The notes below the pieces were generated by a model, which saw only the letters and a program-made list of their open reading frames with translations, searched no databases and was not told the DNA's origin. A stretch of DNA of 64,000 bases. It comes from Vicugna vicugna (lineage: Eukaryota). The translations under genes and the position numbers were made by a program. Location: assembly GCA_013265495.1 (NCBI GenBank), contig MU058065.1:870001-934000 (forward strand). Direction: 5' to 3'. Numbering within the stretch: position 1 is the first letter of the stretch; each line of letters starts with the position of its first letter. Below are positions 25,946 to 40,180 of this stretch, in pieces.

Positions 25946-28859
25946 CACTTAAACACCCAGCTCTACATTTATCTGTACAAGTATAGGAGAGAGCAAAGGG
26001 AAAACATGGCAGAAAACAACAGTAAAGAGAATTTTAGAAAACAAATATGAGTTATTTTATATCAATGTGTATAGGTATAAACAATTTTAAATTAGTTACT
26101 TAAAAACACATACAAACACACTCCTTCACCTCAACTACCGAATTCCAGTTATGATGACACTGTCTTTGGGTGGGTGGGCTTATCTTCTTTCCCCTCCCTC
26201 CACCTTCTGAATAATAATACATAAACTTTCTTCCCCAGAGAAACAAGATACAGATCTGATTAGTCTGTGATCTCTTCACATGAAATTTATCTTTTAATTA
26301 TGTAATATACTTAGGGGCTGAAATTTTTTTGAGATTCTTGCCTAATTTGAGATATTATTGGGTTAAGGAAAATTTAAGGTTCTCCATAAAAATTTAGCCT
26401 CTTGGTAATATTTAATGCAATATTGGTTAAATGGCATTCCCAAAATTGTTCAAACTGAACAATTATTCAGTAACATACATCAAGCTTAAGGTACACAGAA
26501 CAAACTCTTATGAGCACAAATATTATAATTAACAATATTATGAAATGTGTACATCAGGTTGGTTAGTATTCAACATTCAAGCATTATTCCATCCACTTAG
26601 TATTTTGTAATGGTAGCTAGTTTGGGTTGAAAACCTATTTCCCCTTCTCTTGATTTTACAGTTATAATACTTATATTGCACTTCTAACCATTACCATTAT
26701 CTTACTATAAAATATTATTATGATTGTGACTTTTCATTGAGCATAGCTGATGCTATTAAAAATAATGGAATACAAGTATACATGAAATTTGATTTCTGTG
26801 ACTGCTTGACCTGAATCTGTGCTAACTTCACGCTAATTGATACTAGAAATTTTCTCTGAGACCGTGATGTTTGTATGTTAAATTTTAAGACAAAGATATT
26901 AGCTTGATCTTCTTTGTAGATTAGCACATATTCCACTAATGTGACTTCTGAAAAAACTAATGCAATTGACAGGAATCTAAAACTGTTTTTAAAACACTGA
27001 ACATTAAATCTGATATAGAAATGCTATTAAAAATATAAAATAAATGAAATAATTAGAAATTAGAAATAAAGGTGAATTTACCAATAACAATAAGGACTTC
27101 CCTTTAACAATTTCTGAATGTACTACTACTGAAGTAACACTATATATTTATGTATATTTATATATTAGATTTGAGGAAATCAAAGTATTTTCTAGATTTC
27201 TAATTAATTTTCATAACCTGCCTTTAATGTAGAGGAGGAAGCATTTACTTCATTGTATGTTGTGCTTTCTAATAACTGACCTAGTAAATACCTGAAGAAC
27301 AGATTTGCTACCTATAGTTCATGATCTTTTTGATGGTGATTAGCCATTTTCCAAGCTGACTATTCACTTCAACACCGAAATGCAAAGAAATACTACAAAG
27401 TCACAATATACTATTACTGCATATATTAATCACTCTTATTATCATAGGAGGTTGTCAACACAGCTGAGCCATCAAGGCTCCTATTTCTGTTACTCTATCA
27501 GCCAAATTATTTAGGAGGACAGCCCATGAATTTCACTAGGATATTTTATGATGAACATCTTTCACTGCAAAGTGAAGTCAATAATTACTATCAGCTGGAA
27601 AAAAATTTGGATCAGCTGTGAATTGGACTCCTTAAACATTGAACGCATTAGCAGAGAGGAGTGATAACCCTTAAGATAAAAAAACTTACATGATCTGACA
27701 GCTGAAGCAAGATGCAGAGTGATCAAGATGCCCCCATAGTAAAGTAAAAGTATTTTAATGGAAGTACAATAATTGATCAAAGAGACACTCAGGCCTCCTG
27801 GGTCCAGAGTGAAGCTATTCCAAGTCCTTAAATCTGCCATAAAGCTCTAATGGACACCCAGGGGGACACTTCTGACAATTTATTTTAGTTTAAGTGAATT
27901 CCAGAACCTTAAATTACCAGAGAGAATCTAGTAGCTTGCTGCATTTGCTTGCATTTTCTGTTTCTGATTTCTTTATGGATTAAATTCAAATGTCTCATAA
28001 TTACTGATTGCTAACTTCATGATAAACAACAAATAGCTAAAAGATATGTCATTAAATAGTTCCATCTATAATTAAAGCCCATTTGCTGGAAGGTTCTGAA
28101 CTTTACTGTTTACACACATTTGCAAATCCTTGTTTCAGGTTCTTAAAATACTCTCATTGCTTGCTCAAACACTAGCTCAAACCATCCTTTATGTTTGTAC
28201 AAATTTCCTCAATTAAAAAAAATTATATTACTTACATAATAGTGATGTTAACACACAACATTAGCCACCAACAAATGTATGCTAACCTACTGGCATCAGA
28301 ATAGAGTCTGATGATTATAAGCACTTTCTGTAAAATTTCTCAGGCAATAGCAAAACAACTGTGGAAAGGAATGAGTTTATTGCCTTCTATAATAAATATA
28401 AAGAAGCTTCTTCCGAATAGCCTGTTCAACTATGCAATGGTTTTGAATCTCACTGTGACCAATTTCTGGAATGGAGTTGCCATTCCTTTTATTCTTCTAG
28501 CGAGACAGGAAGGAGTACAGTTTTGGAAAATTGAAATGAGACTCACAAAGGCCATATGTTCAAGGCATTTTAGGTTTAAAAACTACATTATGTTAATACT
28601 GACTGATTCCTCACCTAAATTTGCCTTTTCTGAGTATCCAAATTTAGATATTATAAAGAATAATTTACTGAATACCTATATTAGCTGAATATTTTGATTT
28701 CTTCCTCCTCAGAAAATATAAAACTATTTATACATATTTATATTTGTATAAATATATATAAAAATATATATATCTGAAAACTGAAAGAATCTAACAGAAA
28801 GAAAGCCCCCTTGGAAACCATTCCTGATCTCCAAATATGAATGTTCATAACTCTTTTAA

Positions 28860-30520
28860 ATTTATTTTTATTAAATTATAAACTTTACATAATATGATTT
28901 GCCCATTTTAAGTGCTCAATTTGATGAGTTTTAACAAATGTAGTTTTATAGTCACTCCCATAATTAAGATATGGAAGATTTATATCACCCCCAATGATGC
29001 AGTCAAGTGCAATTAAAATCAATTTTATCTCCCCACTCACAGCTCCTGGCAAAAACTGCTGTGTTTTCTCTAACTAAAATTATGCCATTTATATTACTTT
29101 ATATAAATTAAATCATAAATTAGATAGAGTTTTGTGTCTGACTTCTTTTACTTAGTGTCAAATTGGATCTTGCTACTTTATCCAATGTAAATATTCTCTG
29201 CCATTTCATTGGAGTATTTAGACTATTTATATTTATTGTAATTACCAATAGGACCTCTATGTTCTCTATTTGTTCCATTCCTTCACTGTCACATTTTATT
29301 GTCTCTGCCTTTTATAGAAATTGATTATTTTTTGATTTTCATCTCTGCTTTAGCTTTATCAGTAGTACTTCTTTGTTTTATTATTCTGTATTTGCTCTCA
29401 GTTTACAATATGCATCCTTAACTTACTAGTCTATATCTAACTGATATAATGCCACTTAATGTATAATGTAACATCTTACAACAGTTTATTTCCATTTCAT
29501 TATTCTCCTTCAAGATATGTTATAAAATTCATAGTGCATTGTTATTATATTTGCTTCAAATAATTATCTTTTCAAGAGGTGAAAAAAAAATAAAATACAT
29601 TATATTTGTCTACATATTTGCCATCACTATACACTTCATTCCCTTTATAGATCTAAAAAATCTAAGGAAACTTTTTTAATATTCCCTCAGTATAGGAATG
29701 ATGATGATGATGATTTATCTCAGCTGGCATTTTGGTATCTGTTTCTTTTTACCAAAATTTCCCTAACTATGGATCCTTTTTTTTTTTTTTTTTGCTTCTT
29801 ACATATCTTTTAACTATATTGTTTTTGGATGGATCTTTATTTTGTATTTCTTTGAAGAACATTGGATTTTGTTCTTGTTCATTAAATAACTATGGATGAG
29901 TTTTGATCCTTTTGAGGCTAGTTTTTGGTAGAGCCCATAGCAGACTTTACACTGTGAATAACTTAGCTCCATTGCTATGACAAGATGCTTTTAAATACTC
30001 TACCTAATGTCTTGTCCATCATAAGTAATTTCCACTTTGTCGAGAAGGGAGCACCAAATATTCCCAGGTCTATGTGAGCTCTGGGAGCATTCTAGGGCCA
30101 TGTCTCCTGTTGGTTATTTTCCCACCTTTGGACATTTTCTTCTCACACAGGCAAAGATCACTTTTCAGACATGGGGCTAGAGCTTCCTATCTTTCTGGGG
30201 GCAGGTCTTTCCTCTTACACACTCTGCCTCACACAGGCTAGGAGCCTTTTCCTTGCAAATTCTGCTCTCCGTCTTCTCAACACATCAAGACCACCAAGCC
30301 CTGTTTGGTTATCCTACACAATGCTGTGGCCATCTTCAGGCAATAAGCAAGACAATTAAAGAGCTATTCTTATTAATTTTCTTCCTTTTAGTTATCCTAC
30401 ACTGCCCTTTTTTATAGTATCTAAAAACTGTCATTTTATATATTTTGTTTAGTTGTACAGTTGCTTATGGTGTGAGGACAATTCCTCTAGTAGTCATTCT
30501 TTCAAAGACAGAAGTGGAAG
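28860..30520 (-). mobile_element. Cluster of old L1M fragments
   Basis: catttttaagtgctcaatttgatgagttttaacaaatg-type reverse 3' UTR and further T-rich L1 antisense sequence. Confidence 0.6.
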
Positions 30521-30524
30521 CACC

Positions 30525-31022
30525 ACATACTACTCAGTCATAAAAAAGAATAGAATAATGCCACTTGCAGCAACTTGGATGGACCTAGAGATCATCATTC
30601 TAGGTGAAGTAAGCCAGAAAGAGACAGAAACATACCATATGGTATCACTCATATGTGGAATCTGAAAAAAGAAAGAGGACACTCATAAACTCACCTACAA
30701 AACAGAAACAGACTCACAGACATAGTAAACAATCTTATGATTACTAGGGGAAAGGGGATGGGAAGGGATAAATCTGGAAGCCTGAGATTTGCAAATGTGA
30801 GCCACTATATATAAAAATAGATAAAAAATAAATGTCTTTTATATAGCACAAGAAACTGTATTCAGCATCTTGTAATAACCTTTAATAAAAATGAATATAG
30901 GTATGTATCTGCATGACAAACATGGTGCTGTACACCAGAAATTGACACGTTATAACTGACTATACTTCAATGAAAATTAAATTAAATTAATAATTAATTA
31001 ATTAAATTAATTAAATTTAATT
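30525..31022 (+). mobile_element. Young L1 3' end (artiodactyl/camelid type) with AT-rich tail
   Basis: Encodes IKKNRIMPLAATWMDLEIIILGEVSQKE. The 3' UTR gaaacagactcacagacatag...gctgtacaccagaaattgacac ends in an (AATT)-type tail. Confidence 0.9.
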
Positions 31023-32479
31023 TAGTACAGATTCCTAAGACCCCAGATGGAGATCATAATAAATGGAAACCAAAACAAAAATAGGAAATTTAACTTAGAC
31101 ACAGGGACAGAAAAATTAGCAGAGCAGGCTTAGAAGTCACACCTCCATGCCATTGTCCACTACTGCAGATGTTATTTCCAGTGTGATCATTTGTGATAAC
31201 AGCTCACCAACAAGAAAGTCAGAACTCTGACAAACACCTTTGTATAGAGCACAGCAAGAAGCAAAAAGTTTTTACAAGTCTCTGAATAACAAAAGCATTT
31301 ATAGCGGGAGTCACAAAAGTTCACATGTGATAGTTCATGTTATTTGGCCCTTAATCAGAGCTTCCCAGTTTCTCACTCAAAAAAGTTTTTTGTCTTCTTT
31401 TACTAATTTATATTAAATTATTATTAATACTATAAATAATTAAATTTTGTTTCTGTTTTTCAAGTTAAATGGGATTTTTAAATGGCAAGTTAAATGGCAA
31501 GTTAAAATGGGATTTTTCAAAGAGATGTTAGTGAGAGAAAACCTAATGGTAAAGAAAGAAACAAAAAAGCCATAAAAGACTAAGTAAAACTCAAAAATCA
31601 TATTAATTTTGATAAATTCTAATTCCAGAATTAAGAACAATTTTTATCTTATGTAGGAGATATATTGTGTTAAGTACGTTTAAGGCAACTTTTAATATAT
31701 ATTTTGTTAATAAAAGTAGTATAAAACTTATTTAATTTTTTTTAAAAAATCACTATAACTAGATTATAATATCCTATTTAACAGACCAGAAAATAGATTC
31801 AGAGAAATTAAGTAACTGGACCTAATTTATATAGCTAATAATTGGTAGAGTACGGTCAAGAAGCTGCATCCCTCTGAGTTCATAGTTTATATTTTTGAAT
31901 CTTAGATTCGTTGATATTTATAATTCAGAGAGATTAGATAGTGTGCTTAGAGTCACGCATCTGGTACTTAGCATAGTAAGAATTTGAAACTTTGCCTACT
32001 TAATTACAAACCTGTTGCTAGTATTCTTTAAATTACGCTAACATCTGATCAACTATAAAGGCATCACATCATTTATCTACAATGGAAGACAATTAATAAA
32101 ATTATGCACTATAGTTCTAGCAACATTTCTAATATTACCTCAAAGGAAATTATTTCAATAAATTCTTTTAATTTGATGTCAGCTAAAAGCAATTGTAATC
32201 CTGACTTTACCTCAAATATCCTTGGAAGCATATTAAAAACTAATTATTAAAAACATCAAATACCATGAGAGGGATTAAAATGAATAGTGGACAGAGTGAA
32301 TTTGAATTTTAAAAGATCAAAGGGGTCTTCCAGCACTTCTAAATGTAGTCTAATAACCAAAGTAATTCTTACCTGATTCTTGGCTACTACTACTTTTCAT
32401 TTAAGTATAATTTTATAAGGTTAAAAATACTATTTTAAAAATTGTTAAATTATTTTAAAATAGAAACATTGAGCTAAAA

Positions 32480-33289
32480 ATAATGAACAAAACACAGTAT
32501 GTTATTTATAAGGACCTGAATCTAATTATAAAGATTCAGATAGGTTAAAGGTAAAAGGATAAAGATACATTATAATAAGAATTACAAAAAGAAAGCTGGA
32601 ATAGCTATGTTAACTAGATAAAGAAAAATTTTGAACAAGGAAGAATATCAGAGATAAAGAGAGACATTACATAATGAAAAGGGTTCAATTCTCCACTAAG
32701 ATATATAATCCTGAATGTGTATACGTCTAACAAAAGAGGATCAAGTACATTGGTTAAAACTGACAAAATCTATAATATCAAAACCAAAGACATTACAAAA
32801 AATGAAAACTACAGACCAATATCTCTCATAAACATAGATGCAAAAATTTTCAACAAAATATTAGAAAATATAGCAAAAAGAATTATACATCAAAACCCAG
32901 TGAGATTTATTCTAGGTGGGCAAGACTGGTTTGACATTAAAAAATCTATTAATGTAACCCATCACCTCAACATGCTAAAAACTAAAAAAAATCATATGAT
33001 TATATAAGGAGGTACAGAAAAAAGATCTGACAAAATCAAATACCACTTCATGACTAAAAGCAACAAGGACAAAAACTCTCTTAGCAAGCTAGAAATAGAG
33101 AAGAAGCTTCTCAAATATGAAAGAACATCTACAAAAAGCCTACAGCTGACTCTATACTTAATGGTTAGAGATTGGCCACTTTCTCTCTAAGACAAGGAAC
33201 AGGGCAGAAAGGTCCTCCCTCACCACACCTAGTCAACATTGTGTTGGGAGCCCTAGAGAGTGCAATAGGATAAGAAAAGGAAGTGAAAC
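32480..33289 (+). mobile_element. L1 ORF2 fragments (endonuclease and RT regions)
   Basis: ORF 32717-33007 contains [20 protein letters not shown]...[12 protein letters not shown], the L1 RT N-terminal motif. Confidence 0.85.
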
Positions 33290-33800
33290 TGTGATGCTTA
33301 ATTTTATTGTCAACTTCACTGGGCCACAAGGTGCCCAGACATTTGATCAAACATAATTATGTTTGTTTCTGTGAAGGTGTTTTTGGATGAGATTAAAATT
33401 TAAATTGGTAGAATAAGTTCAACAACTTACCCTCTATAATGTGAGTGAATTTCATCCAAATAGCTGAAGGCCTAGACAGTAGACAAATATTGGCCCTCTG
33501 CTAGGTAGCAGAGAATTCTTCTTGCCTGAGAGCTTGGGATATTGGCCTTTTCCTGCCTTCACATCTGACCGGAAACATCAGCTCTTGCTGGGTCTTGAGC
33601 CTGCCGGCTTTCAGATGGGTACTAGACTGTTGGCTCTTCTGATTCTCAAATCTTTAGATTCTAGTTGAAACTAGACCATTGCCTCTCCTGTGTCTCCAGC
33701 TTGTCTACTCACCCTACAGATCTTGGGATTTGACAGCCTCTAATTGTGTAAGACAATTCCTTAAAATAGTCTCTTTCTCTTTCTCCCTCTCTTTACTATT
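33290..33800 (+). mobile_element. MLT2-like ERVL solo LTR inserted into L1
   Basis: tgtgatgcttaattttattgtcaacttcactgggccac...gtgtttttggatgagatt...tctccagcttg...cagatcttggga matches MLT2B/D. Confidence 0.85.
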
Positions 33801-33819
33801 GAGCTAACTCCAGAGGTGA

Positions 33820-34061
33820 GACATGGATGATAAAATAGAAATATGGATCAATGAAATAGAATAGAGAAGCCAGAAATAGGCTCGTGATTATATGGTCAGC
33901 TGATCTTGACAAGATGCAATGGCAACATGATTGAGAAAGAATAATCTTTTCTACAAATTGTGCTGGAACTCTTGGCCATCCATATGCCAGCAAGAAAGAA
34001 GAAAGAAAGAGAGAGAGAAAGAGAGAAGAGAAAGAGAGAAGAGAAAGAAAGAAAGAAAGAT

Positions 34062-34124
<63 letters not shown>

Positions 34125-34710
34125 GAGAAAGAAAGAAAGAGAGAAAAGAAAGAAAGAAAAGAAAGAAAGAAAAGAAAGAAAGAAAATAAAGAAAGAAAGG
34201 GAGGGAGGGGGGAGAGGGAGGGATGGAGGGAGGGAGGGAGGAAGGAGAAGGGAAAAGAAAATTAAAAAACCTAAACAGAGCCCATACATAAAAATTAATT
34301 CAAAATGGATCATAAATCTAAATGTAAAATGTGAAACTATAAAACTTCTAGAAGAATGCATGTGAAAAAAATATATATGACCTTGATTTTGGTCGTCAAA
34401 ACAAGAAAAAACTTAGAAATGATCGCAGCCAAGAGATACTTAGAAGAATTACTATATATAATATGGTATCCTGTATGAAATCCTGGAAACAGAAAAAGAC
34501 ATTAGAAGAAAACTAAGGAAATTTGAATGAACTATGGACTTTAGTTAATAACAATATAGGTTCATTAGCTGTGATGAATATTCCATAATAATGTAAGGTG
34601 TTAACGATCGGGGGAACTAGATGTGAGGAATATGGTGACTCTACACTAGCTTCTCAACATTCCCGTAAATCTAAAAGATTCTAAATTTTAAAGTTTATTT
34701 TTGAAAAATC
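33820..34710 (+). mobile_element. Continuation of L1 (ORF2 and L1MC-like 3' end), interrupted by a purine microsatellite
   Basis: gatcaatgaaatagaatagagaagccagaaata..., aaaattaattcaaaatggatcataaatctaaatgtaaaa and gaactatggactttagttaataa. Confidence 0.75.
33991..34265. repeat. Compound (GAAA)n/(GGGA)n purine microsatellite
   Basis: Direct reading. It generates the KER-rich and FLS-rich spurious ORFs. Confidence 0.95.
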
Positions 34711-36611
34711 AAGGGCAGAGCTTTAAAGGAAATGATCACATCTACTTTACTAGATATTGAAATCATACTGAAGCATACCTGTCCCCTTGGAAGGAGGACA
34801 AAACTGATGATCAGCTGCTTAAGTAGACAAATCCTTGAGTATGTTGTCTGTCTGTTCAAACTGTGTTGATGAATTTTTGGCCTTCTCTTTACAGTTCTTT
34901 CTTTTATGACTCCTTTAGGAGAAAGGCTTGTTATTTTGACTTTAGCCAGATGTTTTTACATCTCCTAACCTCTATTTTAGGAAAGGTGCTAGGTTCAAGG
35001 ACAAAAACAGAAGGGGAGAATGGAGTGGTTTGGGAGCTACTTTGATAAAGAAAAGGGCAGATTCTTAACAGATCGTATAAATTAAAAATTCAGTATTCAA
35101 ACCATAAAATTCTACATTCACAAACCCACGGGATGTCTGTAATTCATATAAATCCTCTTATTTTATTTAAAATGTAGAGATTTTAGACAAAAATTTGTAA
35201 ATTGATTTATAAAGCAAACATTCAGATGTAGTTTTTCATTTTATAAAAGTGCAGCAGGTTCTTTTAATTAATGGACCTTTGACACGAATGAAACTGATTT
35301 GGATTTTTAAGATGTAATTGTATTTTCTGAAACTCATCTAATTGTTTAAAAAAAGCCTCACACTATAATTACTAACAAGATAAATATTAATATGAAACTT
35401 TTTAACTGATAAAAGAGCTTTAATCTATTAAAAAAAAGTGCTAGCCTATTATATGTTAATAAGAAAGATGTGCCTCAGAATTCCTACTTAAAATGAATCA
35501 TTGTAAACTGTTCACACTGAGCGCATTTAAAGTACTTTTTACAACTGACAGTAAAAACGAACAAACAAAAAGTCATTTTATATTTTTGGCAAAAAGATAA
35601 GAGGTATTAGAATAGTTCCAGAGCTAAAACAAAGTATTGTGAAAGATTAAAATAACACGTCCCTCACTATTTTTAATGAAAATAAAATCCTTTCTGGGAA
35701 TCATTAACAATAGAGATATTCCAGTAATTTTGATGGATATACTTAAAAAATGGTCAAAGCAACAACCAATCTTACTTAATCTCTGAGATTCTGTTTTACT
35801 ACAAGGCAATGTAGTCTCCATTGTCAAAGTTGAGCAACACAGGCTTCAGAAATTAGAAGTTGCAAACTACTCTTCTTTTGAATGGTTGAATTATGAAGAT
35901 CAACTTGAAAAATCAGATCAGGTCTTCCACTGCTTTTTGTCCAGCAGGCTTTTCTTTTTATTTTAGTTCGTGTCTTTTTTGAACCCAAGAAATCCCTGGC
36001 ATCTCCCTGCCTCTTATATTAAAAGTGTCTCCTTGTTCATTATTTATGTCTTTCACATTTCACTTGAGCAGAGTGCTTACAGTTCTTTGTGTTTTTTAGG
36101 AGACATAATGTGTCCATGGCAGAAGAGTTAGGAAAGTAAGTTTTGATCTTCAGATACGACAATGCATTTCTTGGTGAAACCTACCTGAACACGTTACCTG
36201 TGTATATAATACATAGTAATGCATATATATATGTGTATGGTGTGTATATATATATACACACTCTTTTAATACTACCCTAGACAACATTGGTTATGTCTTG
36301 AAAGCTCTTTCATGAAAAATGTATGTATTCCATCATGCTATACTCTTAGACATACATGTATATGTGTGTGTTTGTGTGTCTGCATGTTTACATACATATA
36401 TGTGCATGTGCATATATGTGTGTACTATCTAAGCTTTCAGTTATTGAAAGCTCTCAGGGCCATATATATTATACATTCTCATTCTTCTTATTATATTTTA
36501 ATATTTGTATTATGCTTTCTTGGCCAATGGGTATTACAGTACCACACATGTTCTCGGCCAACGAGTTCTGTACTACTATCTAATCCTGAATGTGGTGACC
36601 GTATAACTTAA

Positions 36612-36622
36612 ATATGTATGTA

Positions 36623-36659
<37 letters not shown>

Positions 36660-36660
36660 T
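36612..36660. repeat. (TG)n(TA)n compound microsatellite
   Basis: Direct reading. Confidence 0.9.
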
Positions 36661-39600
36661 TGTGGTGGTTGTTAACTTTTTTATGTTAAATTTATCAATT
36701 TATACACTTTAATTGTACATGGTTTAATGTATGTCAGCTAAACCTTGATAAGCTTAAATACAAGTGATTGTGGATGGATTTAGGTGGGTGGGCAGCAGAA
36801 AAGGAAATTTCTGTGCTGAAGGAAATGTTTGCTATTTTGCTTTGAATGGTGGTTATAAAATTGATTACACAATACAACTAAGATCTGAGTAAAAAGTAAA
36901 ATACATAACAATTAAACAAAAACAAAAGAATGTAGAAATTAGAAATTAGAAAATTCAGGACCGATGAAATTGGGCATTGTTAAGGGTTCCATAAGTATCA
37001 TGGGAGCCTGGGATTATTGAGGACAAATTGCAGGGAAATTAGTTAGAAGAAACTATGGACAAGGCACATTATGACCCCAGAGGATCTGAAGAGAACAAAA
37101 GAGCAATGGTTAATATAAAATGACTGAAAATACTGTTACATAGAGAATATGGAATATGTCCTGCATGATCAGGAATCCATCCTCCACTTCAATCGTCTAA
37201 AGATACTTCTGCACCTTGGGAATGGATTTGGTGGTCAATGTACAAATCCTGGTAATAAAGTACTTGATGATGTCAGGTTAAGGGTCCAGACACTTTGAGA
37301 TTTCAAAATGAAAATTCACTAACGTCAGAGTCAGAGAGCTCACGAATGAAGACTTCCAACACGTGTGAGGGATAAACCACCAGACAATGGAGGCCATAGT
37401 TTCAGGTACAAAGTACGCTTAAGCACTACCAAGGAAAACCAAATAAGACCATTGATGACAAAATCAATTTTGGTTTTCAGCAACCTGACCACCCTGCTTA
37501 ATTAACAATGGTGGTAAGCTGGTCAGCTATGCTAAGTCATGTCTGCCTTATGCTTTCTTATGGCTGGAAACCATAGATTGCTTTACTATGGGAACAGAGC
37601 TTCCTCACTTTGGCATTGTATTACCTATGATCAAGTGTTATGAGTGCCTTAGGGGGAAAAAAAAACCCCACCAGCAATATGAAAACATATTTGCTGCCCA
37701 TAGAATAGATTATATGGGGAACACAAATGCTGGTATCATTGATTATCAAATGACCATGGCCAGGATCATAAACCTGTGTGGCATGAGTGCCATGGACTAT
37801 AGTCAGATTTGGGGCAGGCAATTTGTACCCATGCAAGAATGTGGGCCCTGGGCTACTTTTTCTAATATTTTCATGAGGAGCTGAAATATCTGACTTGAAC
37901 ATTCAATCTCTAAATTTTCAATTTCTTGTTCAAATTAATTTAAAGAAGCCCATAAAGCTCAAATAAAATACATCTTCAGTTCAAGTTTGCTCCCAAATCT
38001 GTCATCTTTCAAGCTCTATTTTAAATATCTGCACTGACTAAATTCACTTTGTTGTGGTTTATTGTGTACAGCCTCCCTGGGGAAAATGATGTTGCTGTCC
38101 TATAAGTAAGACTGCTTCTTTGTATATGAAATACTTTCTGTCATTCTAGAGAATTAACAATATGAAGCCTGATTATCTTAAATAAAGTAGGAATGCGAGG
38201 TGGTGGGCATAACGTGTCGCTTACTCTTTCTCTAAGCAGGAAGGAAAGAAAGAGGAGAGAGAGAGAAGGAAGGAGGGAGGAAGGGTCATTATGACCGAGA
38301 ATGTTAATCTTCTGAAAGCTCTCAAAGATCCTCAGAAGCAAGAGGCCCTTTGTGTTTGTACATAACAAATCTCTCAGGGAGGACAAGCAGCAGGGTGGCC
38401 CCAGGATTACAGATGACTCAGCCCCAGGACACAGGCTGGTACCTAAGCCATGGGTGATCCCACGTCTTTCAGTAAGAGTGACCTTTGGAATAGCCCATTT
38501 TCACCACCCATGGGCAGGTAATCACATTCACAAGATTACTTTTTATTCTTCATATTTTTTCAATATGTCCTTAACTTTAAAAAGCCTCAAGGTACAAACA
38601 CAATAAGGTCATTCATTAAAATATTTAGTCAGGCTGCTAGTAATGCAATAGTGTATTTCATACTGCCTCTTCCTCTTGGCAGGGCAATTGATAAGGCAGG
38701 TTTTGCTTTATACCCCGAAGATGTATAAGCTGGGACTGTAACAGCATGATACTCAGAGGTGGTTCTCATTAGAAATTGTTTTCTTTCTATTTCCCCAAAA
38801 CAATACATTGGCTACCTCAAATCTATTTCAAAAAGTAGGTAGAGTAGATGTGAGTGAGTGAATGAATGAATGAATGAATAACATAAACTTGTAAGCAGCA
38901 TGAACCATGGGATGATTTTTAGCGATAAGAATCAGTCAACTCTTTTGAAAGAACAAAGGGAATTGATGACTCTTTTGGAAGCCATGAATTAAACCAGCCA
39001 TTGTGACATCTTTCCTTCCAGAGCATCTGTGGGTAGGTAGAACTAAGCAATGAAAGACTGAAGTTAACAGGCACAGTGCAATACAGAGGCCAGTACTACC
39101 CTCTGGTATGTTAATCTGGTTTGGAAGCTTATATCTTGGCTGATGGAAATTTGCATCGCCTGGCGATGGCCAAACCACTTTGATGCCAAGGTCAGCTTTC
39201 CCTATGGCTCGTCTGCTTCATTCAAGAGCTGGCTCTGCTGCAAGACAACATTATGATCAGAGACAGGATTTATTAACCCAAAGTGATGCTTGGGGTGTAG
39301 AGAAAAATGACTGATACTCCTTTGTGACTTTATAATATTTAATATTTTTCACTCACACTATCTCAGTAATTACCTGTGTTAATATGATCTTCATTCTATT
39401 AACAAGGATCTGAGGCTTAGAGAGCTAAAGGGACTCGTCCACAGCAACAGAGACTGCTTTTGAGAGAGTCGGATCTGGAATTTGGGCTCTCCGACTTTAA
39501 ATTCTATGCTCTTTCAACTTCCCAAATATGCCCGTCCAAAAACTGAGATAATTCAAACAACACTGTTTCTGAGACCATGGTTTTCCGAGGTCTCTGATGT

Positions 39601-39979
39601 CCTGCACTTATTTTATCACTTTCACATCTTTTCTCCACAATACACAGGAATGAATGCAATTGCTGCGTAAACTCACCAGCTACCTTGATCAGAAAGGAGG
39701 AGGTATGTTCCTGACAAGAGGGAATGCAAACTGTCCAAAGTGAAAAGACATCAGAGGAAGTGCCAGAGAGATGAACATGAAAATGAATGGGGCAGTAGAT
39801 GGTCAGAGTAGATGAGAACCCTTACATATCGGGATTGAGATGAGGAGCAAAGACATCTCAGTGCCTGCAATTCTGGGGCAAAGAAGACCCTGTGGTTCTA
39901 CCAGAGTTGAGGTGGAGAGTTCAGATACTGTGAGCAGACGGAGGCGTGAATGATGGGACAGGTAGATCTCGCATGAAGC

Positions 39980-40180
39980 TCCCTGAGTTAGAATCCCATC
40001 TCACCCATTCCCCCGCTGTGCGATCTCAGGCAAGTCACTTACCTTCCCTGACCCTCTTTTCTCTTCTGTATAACAGAAGTAATAAGAGCATATGATTCAC
40101 TTAAGACCTAAGATTCCTGTGAGAAGCAAATGTTAAATGCTTTTCATATTGCATAGTATGATCAATAAATTTGAGCTTCT
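39980..40180 (+). mobile_element. MIR SINE
   Basis: gctgtgcgatctcaggcaagtcacttacc...tcttctgtataac...caataaatttgagct. Confidence 0.75.

Noticed and set aside
28311..28688. 125-aa ORF, the longest outside repeats
   Set aside because: No recognisable domain or convincing splice context. The composition is that of random AT-rich DNA.
33931..34365. 144/136/101-aa ORFs (KER-rich and FLS-rich)
   Set aside because: Translation artefacts of the (GAAA)n/(GGGA)n microsatellite within L1.
37588..37902. Overlapping 98-aa and 93-aa ORFs on opposite strands
   Set aside because: No domain, splice or codon evidence. The lengths are compatible with chance.
38413..38422. ATGACTCAGC AP-1/ARE-like motif
   Set aside because: A single short motif is expected by chance in 64 kb, and there is no supporting context.
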